64,000 nt of DNA from Bacillota bacterium (GTDB lineage: Bacteria; Bacillota; Sulfobacillia; RBS10-35; JAJYVN01): NCBI GenBank assembly GCA_021806565.1, contig JAJZXK010000001.1, positions 32,314 to 96,313 of the forward strand, given 5' to 3'. Below the pieces are notes generated by a model. The model saw only the letters and a list, made by a program, of their open reading frames with translations, was not told the origin of the DNA and searched no databases. How positions within the stretch are numbered: position 1 is the first letter of the stretch; each line of letters starts with the position of its first letter. Shown one piece after another: positions 50,711 to 59,466 of this stretch. The position numbers were made by a program, and so were the translations under genes.

Positions 50711-52417
50711 CTAGGGCAGGAGCTTGAGCAGGGCCTGGGGCACCTGGTTTGCCTGGGCGAGCATCGCGACGCCCGACTGCTGTAGCACCTGGTCCTTGGA
50801 GAGCTTGACCATCGCCAGGGCCATGTCGGCGTTCATGATCCCGCCGCGGGCCGTGGTCAGGTTCTGCTGCGAGGTCTGCAGATCGTTGCTGGCCTGGGTC
50901 AGCCGGTTCATCAGCGATCCCACCTGGGCGCGCTCACCGGAGATCTGGGTCAGGGCCGCCTGGATAGCGGTCTGGGCCGTCGTCGCCTGGCTGTAGTTCA
51001 TGACCGAGAGGCCGCCGCCGACGCTGGCCTTCTGCTGCACCGTACCGCCGGAACCGGCCGCCGCCGTGTTGGTGGCGTAGGTGAGGGCGAAGTTGGACGC
51101 GGCGCCGGAGCCGAGGGTGCTGGTTGCGGCACCGTTGGTTCCGTAGGTGACACCGGACGAGGCTCCGAAGAGCGTCGACGCGGAGACGTTGACCGACACG
51201 GCCTGGCCGTCGTTGGCGTTGCCCACGGTCGCCGGGTTGGTGGTGGCCGCGTTGATGGTGGTGGCGCTGCCGATCGCCGTGCCGTTGGAGTCGACCAGCT
51301 GTACGGAGGCCGATTCGGGGGTCAGGGCGATGTTGTAGGTGTCGGTGCTCGTCGCCGTACCGGAGCCGGCGGCGGTGCCGGACTGGGTGGGTGCCGTGAT
51401 CTTGCTCAGATCGACGCTGGCTCCCGTCGTGCCGAGTTGTTGCGTGCCGGTGAGCGTGGACAGTCCGCTGGCGACGGTGGTGTAGGTGCTGCCGCCATCC
51501 GTGCTGTAGAGCACGTTGTAGGTGGTGGTGCCGGCGGTGCCGCTGGTGTACGGGGTGACCGCCTGGACCTGGACGGAGATGTTCTGGGACGTCGTGCCGG
51601 AATAGGTGAGCGCGTCGTACTTCATGGTGCCGGCGGTGCCGCTCAGACCGGTCAGCGTATTGCTTTCCGTAAAACCGTTGCTTCCCGCTGCGGTGGTGGT
51701 GCTGACTAGGGATGTCTGGCTGCCGCCGTTGATGGCGGCGGCCGATTGCTGGGCGGCGGTGATCTGCAGGCCGTAGTTGGTACCCGTCAGACCGTAGCTG
51801 CCATAGGGGTTGCTGGTGCTGGAGCCGCCATACAGCGCCAGAGCGGATAGGCCGTAGGTGGCCGCCGTGCTGGCGCTGCCGAAGGCGACGCTGTTCGGGT
51901 TCTGGCCTGAGACACCGAGGCTTTTGGCGTCCACCGCTCCCAACGAGAACTGCAGGGCCTGGTTGGGGTCGGCGCCGATGGCCAGGTTGACGTTGCCGAG
52001 CACACCGTCCAGCAGGTTCTTGTTGTTGAAGGCGGTCTGGTTGGTGATGCTGTTGATTTCCTTGGTGTACTGGTTCATCTGCGACTGGATCGAGCCGCGG
52101 TCGACACCCACGTTGGTGCCGTTGGCGGCCTGCGTGGCCAGGGAATACATCGACTGCAGGATGTTCTGAATCTGGCTGAGGGCGCCGTCGGCGGTCTGCA
52201 GGAAGCTGATGCCGGACTGGGCGTTCTGATTCGCCTGGTTCATGCCGTCGATCTGGGACTGCATCTGCTGGCTGATGGCCAGACCGGCCGGGTTGTCGGC
52301 GGCGGAGTTGATCTTGTACCCGGACGACAACTGCTGCAGCACGCCGTTCATGCTTGTCTGGGTGTTCTCGAGGTTGCGCCACGCATTCAGGGCCGCAACG
52401 TTGGTGTTCACAAACAT
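50711..52417 (-). CDS. hag: flagellin
   Basis: Conserved D0/D1 regions at both termini (NTNVAALNAWRNL...; ...LAQANQVPQALLKLL). 568 aa with a long variable middle. Confidence 0.95.
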   Translation of the reverse strand: MFVNTNVAALNAWRNLENTQTSMNGVLQQLSSGYKINSAADNPAGLAISQQMQSQIDGMNQANQNAQSGISFLQTADGALSQIQNILQSMYSLATQAANGTNVGVDRGSIQSQMNQYTKEINSITNQTAFNNKNLLDGVLGNVNLAIGADPNQALQFSLGAVDAKSLGVSGQNPNSVAFGSASTAATYGLSALALYGGSSTSNPYGSYGLTGTNYGLQITAAQQSAAAINGGSQTSLVSTTTAAGSNGFTESNTLTGLSGTAGTMKYDALTYSGTTSQNISVQVQAVTPYTSGTAGTTTYNVLYSTDGGSTYTTVASGLSTLTGTQQLGTTGASVDLSKITAPTQSGTAAGSGTATSTDTYNIALTPESASVQLVDSNGTAIGSATTINAATTNPATVGNANDGQAVSVNVSASTLFGASSGVTYGTNGAATSTLGSGAASNFALTYATNTAAAGSGGTVQQKASVGGGLSVMNYSQATTAQTAIQAALTQISGERAQVGSLMNRLTQASNDLQTSQQNLTTARGGIMNADMALAMVKLSKDQVLQQSGVAMLAQANQVPQALLKLLP

Positions 52418-52562
52418 GGTCTCTTGCCCGTCTTCCGCCCCGGCCGTGCGGGCTTCACTCCCTCGAATTTATGGATTGCGATCCTTCCGCCCCACGGGGG
52501 AGGTGCGACGGGGGACCGCCTCTTGGCCGGGCTCCGCTGGCCTTGTGCCAGCGTCACTTTCC

Positions 52563-52589
52563 TTATCGGCCCGTGGTCGCCGATGTTTA
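52563..52589 (-). promoter_or_regulatory. sigma-D (sigma-28)-type promoter for flagellin
   Basis: The minus strand reads TAAA-N15-GCCGATAA (consensus TAAA-N15-GCCGATAT). It lies about 145 nt upstream of the flagellin ATG. Confidence 0.55.
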
Positions 52590-52626
52590 GACCCGGGGTG
52601 ATCATCTTTGAAGAACTGCGTTTGGT

Positions 52627-54144
52627 TTACGCGCAGCCGGGCGGGATGCGCGGCGCTTGCTGGGGCAGGGTGAACACCGGCGTGCCGCGGACGTACCGTT
52701 CGGCCATATGGGTCTGGAGGTAGCGGGTCAGACAGGGGCCGACCCCGCCCTGGTCCACCAGGTAGCGGGCGCCGCCGGCGATGTCCGCCCGCAGCAGGGG
52801 CGGGGTGAGTGGGTTGACGCGGTAAGCGTGGCGGCGGGCGTAGAAGAGGACCGTGGGGTTGTACGTGCCACTGAGGATGATCGTGGTGTGGGCCGGAAGG
52901 ACGCGGTTCAGGGCGCGGCCGAGGCGATAGACCGGCCAGGCCGGAGGCCAGTAGCCGCGGATCCCATACAGCCCGCCGCTGAGGGTCGCCAGCGTCAGCA
53001 AGACCGCGGCCAGGGCGGGGGCGGCGCGAAGCCGCCGCGGCAGTTGCATGGGCAGTTGCCGCGCCAGAGCGTCCAGGGCCACGCCCATCGGAATGGCGAG
53101 CCATGGCAGCACCGGCATGAGGTAATACTGGAAGCGGATCGCGCGTAGCACCACCACCCCATACAGTCCGATCGCCACGGCCCAGACCCAAAACCAACGG
53201 ACGCGGCCGGGGTGGCGGATGCCAAGCAGCGCGCACCCGAAGAGCAGGAGCAGCAGGCCGGTGGGGGTGATGGCAAGGGCGAGGACGTCGCGCATGAGGA
53301 AGACGGTGAAGTGGCGGTGACCGGCGATATAGGGATCGGTCAGCGATGTGAGGATGAAGTCGACGTAATGCGTGCCATGCGGCGCGAGTTGCCGCTGGAT
53401 CAGCGTGTACGCGGCGCCGGCCGCCACCGGCGCCGCCAGGAGCGGGAAGGTGACCACCAGCCAGCGGCGGGAGAGCATGGTGCGCCATTGCCAGAGCACG
53501 TCCTGGTAGACCAGGGCGGCAGCCCCGGGCAGGAGCATCAGGTTGGGCAGCTTGGCCAGGACGGCGAGGCACAGCAGTCCACAGGCGGCGGCGAAGCGGC
53601 CGGCCGTTTGGCGCACCGCGAAGCGGTCGACCGCCCAGAGCGCGCATAGCCCCGTCAGCAGCATCATCGCTTCGGGTTGGAAGGCGCGCCCGAAGAAGAT
53701 GCCGATCGGCAGCAACGCGTAGATCAGCGTGCTCCAGGCGGCCGCGCCTGGACCGAGGTGGCGGCGCACCAGCGCCCAGAGCGGAAGGGCCGATAAAGTG
53801 AACAGGGCGTCTGGGACGATGTGCAGGAGCCAGGTGTGCCAACCGACGAGGTGCGCCAGTAGTGCGGTGAGCGCCGGGGTCAACTGCAACTCCAACTGGG
53901 TGTAGTCGGGTCCGGGGCCGTCGTGCCACAGTTGCGGGTGCAGCAGGCGGATGCCCAGGTGGGTATAGAAGTAGGCGACGGCCGCCGTATCTGTCTGCCG
54001 CCAGTCCGATGTATCCACCAACGGCACTCCGAGGTGGTAGGTGCGTAGGGCGAAGGCGAGTGCCAGGGCGGCCGCCAGGGCCGCCCCCTCCCGCCACGTC
54101 ACCGCTGTGCGCTCCGGCCCCGTCCCCATCCCCTCCTCATGCAC
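52627..54144 (-). CDS. GT-C family glycosyltransferase (GT39/PMT/ArnT-like)
   Basis: 505 aa with about 11 TM helices and the PMT_2/ArnT-type N-terminal loop with a conserved acidic motif. Co-directional with and immediately upstream of flagellin. Confidence 0.7.
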   Translation of the reverse strand: MHEEGMGTGPERTAVTWREGAALAAALALAFALRTYHLGVPLVDTSDWRQTDTAAVAYFYTHLGIRLLHPQLWHDGPGPDYTQLELQLTPALTALLAHLVGWHTWLLHIVPDALFTLSALPLWALVRRHLGPGAAAWSTLIYALLPIGIFFGRAFQPEAMMLLTGLCALWAVDRFAVRQTAGRFAAACGLLCLAVLAKLPNLMLLPGAAALVYQDVLWQWRTMLSRRWLVVTFPLLAAPVAAGAAYTLIQRQLAPHGTHYVDFILTSLTDPYIAGHRHFTVFLMRDVLALAITPTGLLLLLFGCALLGIRHPGRVRWFWVWAVAIGLYGVVVLRAIRFQYYLMPVLPWLAIPMGVALDALARQLPMQLPRRLRAAPALAAVLLTLATLSGGLYGIRGYWPPAWPVYRLGRALNRVLPAHTTIILSGTYNPTVLFYARRHAYRVNPLTPPLLRADIAGGARYLVDQGGVGPCLTRYLQTHMAERYVRGTPVFTLPQQAPRIPPGCA

Positions 54145-54201
54145 TGAACGGAACCCGGCCCCCGGCCGCGATGGTATCCGCCGCGGCTCGGACCTATACG
54201 G

Positions 54202-55560
54202 CTAAACGCGTCCGGCCGCCGCGACGGCGTCGATGAACTGGCGGGCGGTGCGCCCGGAGCGTCCGTTGTATGTGAGGGCCCAGCGCAGCGCCTGGGCCCT
54301 CAACTCGGCCGCGGGTAGATCCAGTCCGGCCGCAGCCGCCAAATGGGATACGATCTCCAGATACAGGGCTTGGTCCGGCGCCGGAAACACCACTGTAAGT
54401 CCGAAGCGGTCCGACAGCGAAAGCATCTCTTCGACCGCATCTCCGGCCCGCGGGTCGTCGTCGTCCGGCCGGGGCCGGTCCGCGAAGCGCTCCTGCAACA
54501 GGTGGCGGCGGTTGCTGGTCGCGTACACCCGTACGTTCGGCGGCCGGGCCACCAGCCCGCCCTGCAGGGCCGCCTTGGCGTCCCGGTAGCTCCCGTCGTC
54601 CGCCCCGAAGGAGAGATCGTCGACGAATACGATGAAGTGCTGGGGTTGACCGGCGAGCCGCTCGCAGATCTCCGCCAAGTCTGGAAGGTCGCGGCGGTTC
54701 AACTCGAGCAGCCGCAACCCGCGCCCCGCGAAGCGTGGCAGCAGGGCCTTGACGGTCGAGGACTTGCCGGTGCCCCGGTCTCCATACAGGAGGACATCGT
54801 TGGAAGGAAGGCCGTTCAGAAACCGTTCGGTGTTGGCGGTGACCTGGGCGCGCTCCATTTCGTAACCATGGAGTGTGCCGGGGTTGTCGGGGTGGGCGAT
54901 CGGCTGCGCGATCCCGTGGCCGCCTGGGTCGGTGACCCATCGCCATGCGTCCGTGGCGGCAAAGGGTCCGGCGCCCCCCGCCAACGCGGCCTGCCGGAGG
55001 GTGTCGGCCAGCCGGGCCCAGTCGCGGCCTCCGGCGAGGCGGCCGGCGACCCCCTGGGGACGCCTGTGGCCAAGATCCCTAGCCGGAACGACGGCGTGGC
55101 CCGCGTCGGCCAGGGCGGCCGCTGCGGCGTCCAGTACACCGCCGTGGGCGAGGTGTTCCAGGTGCTCGAGGTCGGCGCGCGCCGCGGCGCTCAGCCCGGC
55201 CGCGGGGTCCGCGGCGAGCGTGAACGGATTGGCGCAGGTGGCGACCGCTTGGGCGATGTGTGCTGCCCAGGCGTCGCCGGCCCAGCCTTCGTCGGCCAGG
55301 ATGCGGAACCAGCGGCAGTAGGCGGCCGCCGCCCGGTCTGTGCGGCCGGCGGCCAGGTGGCGCAACAGCGCCGCGCAAGCCTCTCCGCCCGCGTCCTTGA
55401 GGACGGGGGCGAACAGGTGCAGGGTCCGGATGGCGGATGGCCGGCCGGCCGCTGCGGCGTCGGGTCCCGTCGGCATCGTCAGGTGGATCCCTCCCGCGGC
55501 GGTATCGCTGGACGCTTCGGGGCAGGCGCCCGCGCTCCTCGTGCGCGCGGTGTTCGACAA
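54202..55560 (-). CDS. AAA+ ATPase of the DUF815/COG2607 family
   Basis: LLYGDRGTGKSSTVKAL Walker A, FIVFVDDLSF Walker B, VYATSNRRHL. Confidence 0.7.
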   Translation of the reverse strand: MSNTARTRSAGACPEASSDTAAGGIHLTMPTGPDAAAAGRPSAIRTLHLFAPVLKDAGGEACAALLRHLAAGRTDRAAAAYCRWFRILADEGWAGDAWAAHIAQAVATCANPFTLAADPAAGLSAAARADLEHLEHLAHGGVLDAAAAALADAGHAVVPARDLGHRRPQGVAGRLAGGRDWARLADTLRQAALAGGAGPFAATDAWRWVTDPGGHGIAQPIAHPDNPGTLHGYEMERAQVTANTERFLNGLPSNDVLLYGDRGTGKSSTVKALLPRFAGRGLRLLELNRRDLPDLAEICERLAGQPQHFIVFVDDLSFGADDGSYRDAKAALQGGLVARPPNVRVYATSNRRHLLQERFADRPRPDDDDPRAGDAVEEMLSLSDRFGLTVVFPAPDQALYLEIVSHLAAAAGLDLPAAELRAQALRWALTYNGRSGRTARQFIDAVAAAGRV

Positions 55561-55694
55561 CGTTCGTGAAAGTTGGGGGGAAGGCCCCCTTGCCGGAAGG
55601 TGGCGGCTGGTGACGTGTGGTACTAGCTCCGTCGACCCAGCACCACGGCGAGTGTACGCGAGGGCTCGGCAAAGGGGGTGCGCACCTGCGCAGG

Positions 55695-55850
55695 TGCTGA
55701 AGCTCGGGCATGCCCGGGCGCGGGGGAGTTTCCGGCACCGTGGGGTGAATCTCGCCGATACGGCGGGTAGGGCGGCCCGGCCGGCCCGAACCCGACAACT
55801 AACCCCGCAAGCACACGGTCGGGGAGGGTCGTCCTCCCCTCAGGTCTGGC
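55695..55850 (+). promoter_or_regulatory. c-di-AMP (ydaO/yuaA-type) riboswitch upstream of a LysM/M23 peptidase
   Basis: GGGGUGAAUC, GGGUAGGG and CCCGAACCCGACAACUAACCCCGCAAGC match the ydaO consensus. Followed by a GGGGAGGGUCGUCCUCCCC terminator-like hairpin and then the RBS/TTG of the peptidase. Confidence 0.7.
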
Positions 55851-55877
55851 AACGCCACACCCAGCGGAGGTGACCCG

Positions 55878-57017
55878 TTGGCATCGCCTGAAGACAAACC
55901 GCGGCCTCGTTCGGCCTTTTCCGGCCGTCGGCGCCGCTTCCGTGCCGAAGTGTTTGCCCGTAACGTCTCCCGCCGGTTGCACGGGTGGTCCCAACATCCT
56001 CATGGACGTCACTTCTGGATCGCGGCGGCCGTCCCGATTGCCCTGGCCCTGGTTCCCTGGGAGGCCGCCGGCTTCGGAACCGCACAGGCGGCGTCGCCCG
56101 TGACCCCGCTGGCTATGGCGCCGGCCCATCCCGACGTGCTCCAGGTCACGGCATCCAGACAGCGTTCTCATCATTCGACCCAGGCGACGCAGACCCGCCA
56201 GCGGCTGTCCAGCATGGCGCGCCCGGCGGCGGCCGAGCGGCAGGGTCCGGTGATTTCCTCCTACGCCGTTCGGGCGGGTGACACCCTGAGCGGCATCGCG
56301 GCGCGTTTCGGCACCGACATGGCCAGCCTGGAGCGCATCAACCACCTGTCGGCCGACTCGATCCTGCAACCCGGCCAGAAACTGACCGTCTTGCATCAGA
56401 TCGGCTGGCTGTACACGGTGCGCTCCGGCGACACCCTGGATGGCATCGCGTCCGCGACGGGTGCGTCGCCCCGCGCCATTGCGCGAAGCAATGGCATGGG
56501 CGGAGGCGGCGCCATCCTGCACATCGGCCAGCGCTTGGTGATCCCCAAGAATCCGCCAGTGGCGATCGCGGCCGCGCGGCCCGCATCGGCTGCCGATCCC
56601 GCCCCGACGGCGCCGCCTCCGAGCCGCGGCGCGGCGTTGCAGTGGCCGGTCCAAGGCGTCATCACCAGCCCGTTTGGTTGGCGGCCCAATCCCTGGGGTG
56701 GTGCCGGGATGTTCTTCCACCACGGCATTGACATCGGGGTGCCGCAGGGTACGCTGGTGCACGCGGCCTGCAGCGGACGGGTGGTGCTGGCGCGATGGGA
56801 CGGCGGCTATGGCAACGCCGTCAAGGTTGCGTGCAACGACGGGTTGCTGACGCTGTACGCGCACAACTCCAGGTTTGCCGTGCACTACGGGCAACTGGTC
56901 GCCCAGGGTCAGGTGCTCGCCTATTCGGGTATGACCGGCAACGCCACCGGACCGCACGTGCACTTCGGCGTCATGCGCGGCGGCGTGTGGCAGAACCCGA
57001 TGAACTACCTGCCGTGA
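55878..57017 (+). CDS. LysM-domain M23 family metallopeptidase
   Basis: Two LysM repeats (YAVRAGDTLSGIA; YTVRSGDTLDGIA). M23 motifs HHGIDIGVPQGT and HVHFGV. Confidence 0.85.
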   Translation: MASPEDKPRPRSAFSGRRRRFRAEVFARNVSRRLHGWSQHPHGRHFWIAAAVPIALALVPWEAAGFGTAQAASPVTPLAMAPAHPDVLQVTASRQRSHHSTQATQTRQRLSSMARPAAAERQGPVISSYAVRAGDTLSGIAARFGTDMASLERINHLSADSILQPGQKLTVLHQIGWLYTVRSGDTLDGIASATGASPRAIARSNGMGGGGAILHIGQRLVIPKNPPVAIAAARPASAADPAPTAPPPSRGAALQWPVQGVITSPFGWRPNPWGGAGMFFHHGIDIGVPQGTLVHAACSGRVVLARWDGGYGNAVKVACNDGLLTLYAHNSRFAVHYGQLVAQGQVLAYSGMTGNATGPHVHFGVMRGGVWQNPMNYLP

Positions 57018-57143
57018 CGCGTGTGCCTGGGCGGGGGTGCGGGATCGGCCCGCGCCTCCCCGCCGGGACGCGCGTGCTTGCCAACCGGGGCGTCATGTGT
57101 GCGCGACTCCATGGTCGCCGACGCTCCGACCCGGGTGGTGAAC

Positions 57144-57176
57144 CAAAAAGGGACGCGACCTCTGGTCGCGCCCCCT
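57144..57176 (-). terminator. rho-independent terminator for the RRM-protein gene
   Basis: The minus-strand RNA carries GGGGCGCGACCAGAGGUCGCGUCCC followed by UUUUUGG. About 35 nt downstream of the gene. Confidence 0.65.
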
Positions 57177-57209
57177 GGGGTATCCTTATTGGTTCGCTGG
57201 CGGTGCCGC

Positions 57210-57485
57210 CTAGTAGCGGCGGGGGCCACCGGGACGCGGCTCACGCGGCCGGGCCTCGTTGACAGTGAGCAGACGACCGCCCATTTCCACGTTCTGCAAC
57301 GCGTCGATGGCGACCTGCGCCTGATCGTCTTCCACCTCGACGAAACCGAAACCCCTGGAACGTCCCGTCTCGCGATCCATCGCCACGCGCGCCGAAACGA
57401 CCTGCGCGTGCGGGGAAACCAACTGCGAAAGATCATCTTCGGTAGCGCTCCACGGCAGGTTCCCGATATACAGAGTCTTGGCCAA
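57210..57485 (-). CDS. RRM-type RNA-binding protein
   Basis: KTLYIGNLPW (RNP2) and SRGFGFVEV (RNP1). TTG start with GGAGAAGGGG RBS. Confidence 0.75.
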   Translation of the reverse strand: MAKTLYIGNLPWSATEDDLSQLVSPHAQVVSARVAMDRETGRSRGFGFVEVEDDQAQVAIDALQNVEMGGRLLTVNEARPREPRPGGPRRY

Positions 57486-57703
57486 GCTCTCGTACCCCTT
57501 CTCCTGGAACGGTCTGGGTGGGTCTCGGGGGGTTCCGGGAGACATGGCCCTCGGAGACCAGCCACAAGACACCGACCAGCGCCTGTAGCATACGTGCAAC
57601 CGGGTCAAGAGCGCAAGGGGCAGCGAAAAAAATTTGACAGTCCACCGCCGCGCACTTGACGGCGCTATGCTCGCCATGCTTTACTGCGGTAAAGCGATGA
57701 AGT

Positions 57704-58711
57704 TTGCCGCGAAGCATTCGGGCTCCTTGGGGGATTGGCGTGGCGAGGGCGTCGGGCGCGTTGGACGCGGTGCTCGCGACGGTCGCGCGCCGCCGCAGGC
57801 TGGCCGAGGCGCTACGGGTCGTCGTGGAGGCGCGCGGCTACGGCGAGGTGGCGGTGCCGCTCCTGCAGCCTGCGGAGGGCAGCGGCGACTGGGGCGGGGC
57901 CTACCGCGTGCTGGACCAGGATGGCTCGGTGCTGGCCTTGCGGCAGGATATCACCGGTCCGGTCGCACGGCTGTGCGCCAGCGGGGATGGCGGTGGACCT
58001 CGGCCGCGGCGGTTGCACTACCAGGCGACGATTGTGCGGCGCCTGCCGGGCGAGGGCGCCCGTGAGATCTTGCAGGCGGGCGTCGAGCGGATCGGCGCCG
58101 CGGCGCAGGAGCCGGCCGGTGAGGGCGATTTCGAGATGCTGGACCTGACCGCGTCCTGCCTGCAGGCCGCCGGGGCGCAGCGGTTCCTGCTGGCGGTGGG
58201 GAACGTCTCCTATGTGCGGGAGATGCTGGACGAGGGCGGTGTGCCGGCGGAGCCGGCGATGGCGGCGCTGCGGGCGCGCGACTATGTCGCGCTGAGCGCC
58301 CTGGTGCCGTCGCGCCTGCTGGCCGAACTGAGTTTCCGCGGCCCGCTGCCACAGGCGTTGGTGCGGTGCCGCCGCCGCCACGGTCCGGCGGCGCGCGCCT
58401 GGCGGGCCTTTCTCGAGCGTAGCGCCGACGCCGATTGGCAGCGGCATGTGCTCGTGGAACCCGGACTGGTCCTTTCGGCCGAGTACTACACCGGCCTGGT
58501 GTTCGAGGCGCTCTTGGCGGGGGTGCCATGGCCGGTCGGCGACGGCGGCAGATATGACCGCCTGCTCGGACATTGGGGTGTGGATGAACCGGCGGTAGGC
58601 TTTGCGCTGGACTGTGACCGCCTGCTGCGCGCCCTGGCCGGGTCTGCGGTCGCGGATGGCGATCGTCGCGTCTGGGCCCTGCTGCGCGATGCCGAAGGCG
58701 GGAGGCGATAG
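57704..58711 (+). CDS. hisZ: ATP phosphoribosyltransferase regulatory subunit HisZ
   Basis: Class-II aaRS-like fold, GFALDCDRL motif. TTG start. Confidence 0.8.
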   Translation: MPRSIRAPWGIGVARASGALDAVLATVARRRRLAEALRVVVEARGYGEVAVPLLQPAEGSGDWGGAYRVLDQDGSVLALRQDITGPVARLCASGDGGGPRPRRLHYQATIVRRLPGEGAREILQAGVERIGAAAQEPAGEGDFEMLDLTASCLQAAGAQRFLLAVGNVSYVREMLDEGGVPAEPAMAALRARDYVALSALVPSRLLAELSFRGPLPQALVRCRRRHGPAARAWRAFLERSADADWQRHVLVEPGLVLSAEYYTGLVFEALLAGVPWPVGDGGRYDRLLGHWGVDEPAVGFALDCDRLLRALAGSAVADGDRRVWALLRDAEGGRR

Positions 58712-58716
58712 GCGTC

Positions 58717-59364
58717 ATGGAACGCGTTACGCTGGTGCTGCCGCGCGGGCGGCCGTGGGAGACCCTGGAGCCGATTCTGCGCCGCGCCGGCGTTCCGGGC
58801 GTCGCGGCGGCGGATCCGGACCGGCAATTGGTGGTGGAAGGCGAACGGGTGCGCCTGCTTTTCACACGGCCCGCGGATGTGGTGACTTACGTTCGAGAAG
58901 GCGTGGCGGATCTGGGGGTCACCGGCAAGGATGTCCTCCTGGAGGACGGCTCCGGGATCGTGGAGTTGCTGGAACTGCCGGTGGGACGCTGGCGCCTGTC
59001 GGTCGCCGTCCCGGAAGCGGGATCCCCGTGGCCGGAGTTGCTCGCCCAGCGGGGTGAGTCGCTGCGGGTGGCGACGAGCTATCCCAGGGCCGCCGCCTCC
59101 CACTTCGCGGCCCGCGGTCTGACGCCCCATGTCGTGCACCTGCGCGGCGCCGTCGAACTGGCGGCGGTCGTCGGCCTGGCCGACTGCGTGGTGGATGTGG
59201 TCGATACGGGGCGGACCCTGGCCGCCCACGGCCTGGTCGAGGTGGAGCGCATCGCGGAAGTGTCGCTGCGCCTTGTGGCCAACACGGTCAGCCACCGCCT
59301 GCGACACGCGGAGTTGGACGCACTGGCGCGTGGCCTGCGGCGGGCTCTGCGTACTTCCGCCTGA
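58717..59364 (+). CDS. hisG: ATP phosphoribosyltransferase (short form) HisG
   Basis: LPRGRPWETLEPIL...DLGVTGKDVLLE...DVVDTGRTLAAHGL. Confidence 0.9.
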   Translation: MERVTLVLPRGRPWETLEPILRRAGVPGVAAADPDRQLVVEGERVRLLFTRPADVVTYVREGVADLGVTGKDVLLEDGSGIVELLELPVGRWRLSVAVPEAGSPWPELLAQRGESLRVATSYPRAAASHFAARGLTPHVVHLRGAVELAAVVGLADCVVDVVDTGRTLAAHGLVEVERIAEVSLRLVANTVSHRLRHAELDALARGLRRALRTSA

Positions 59365-59466
59365 TCCATGCGGAGCCGGTAGAATCGGCCCGGAGGTCGG
59401 GTTCGTCCGCTACGCGCGGTTGGTCTATCCGCGCTCAGGTGGGGGGACGGGAGGAGGGGGAAGCGG

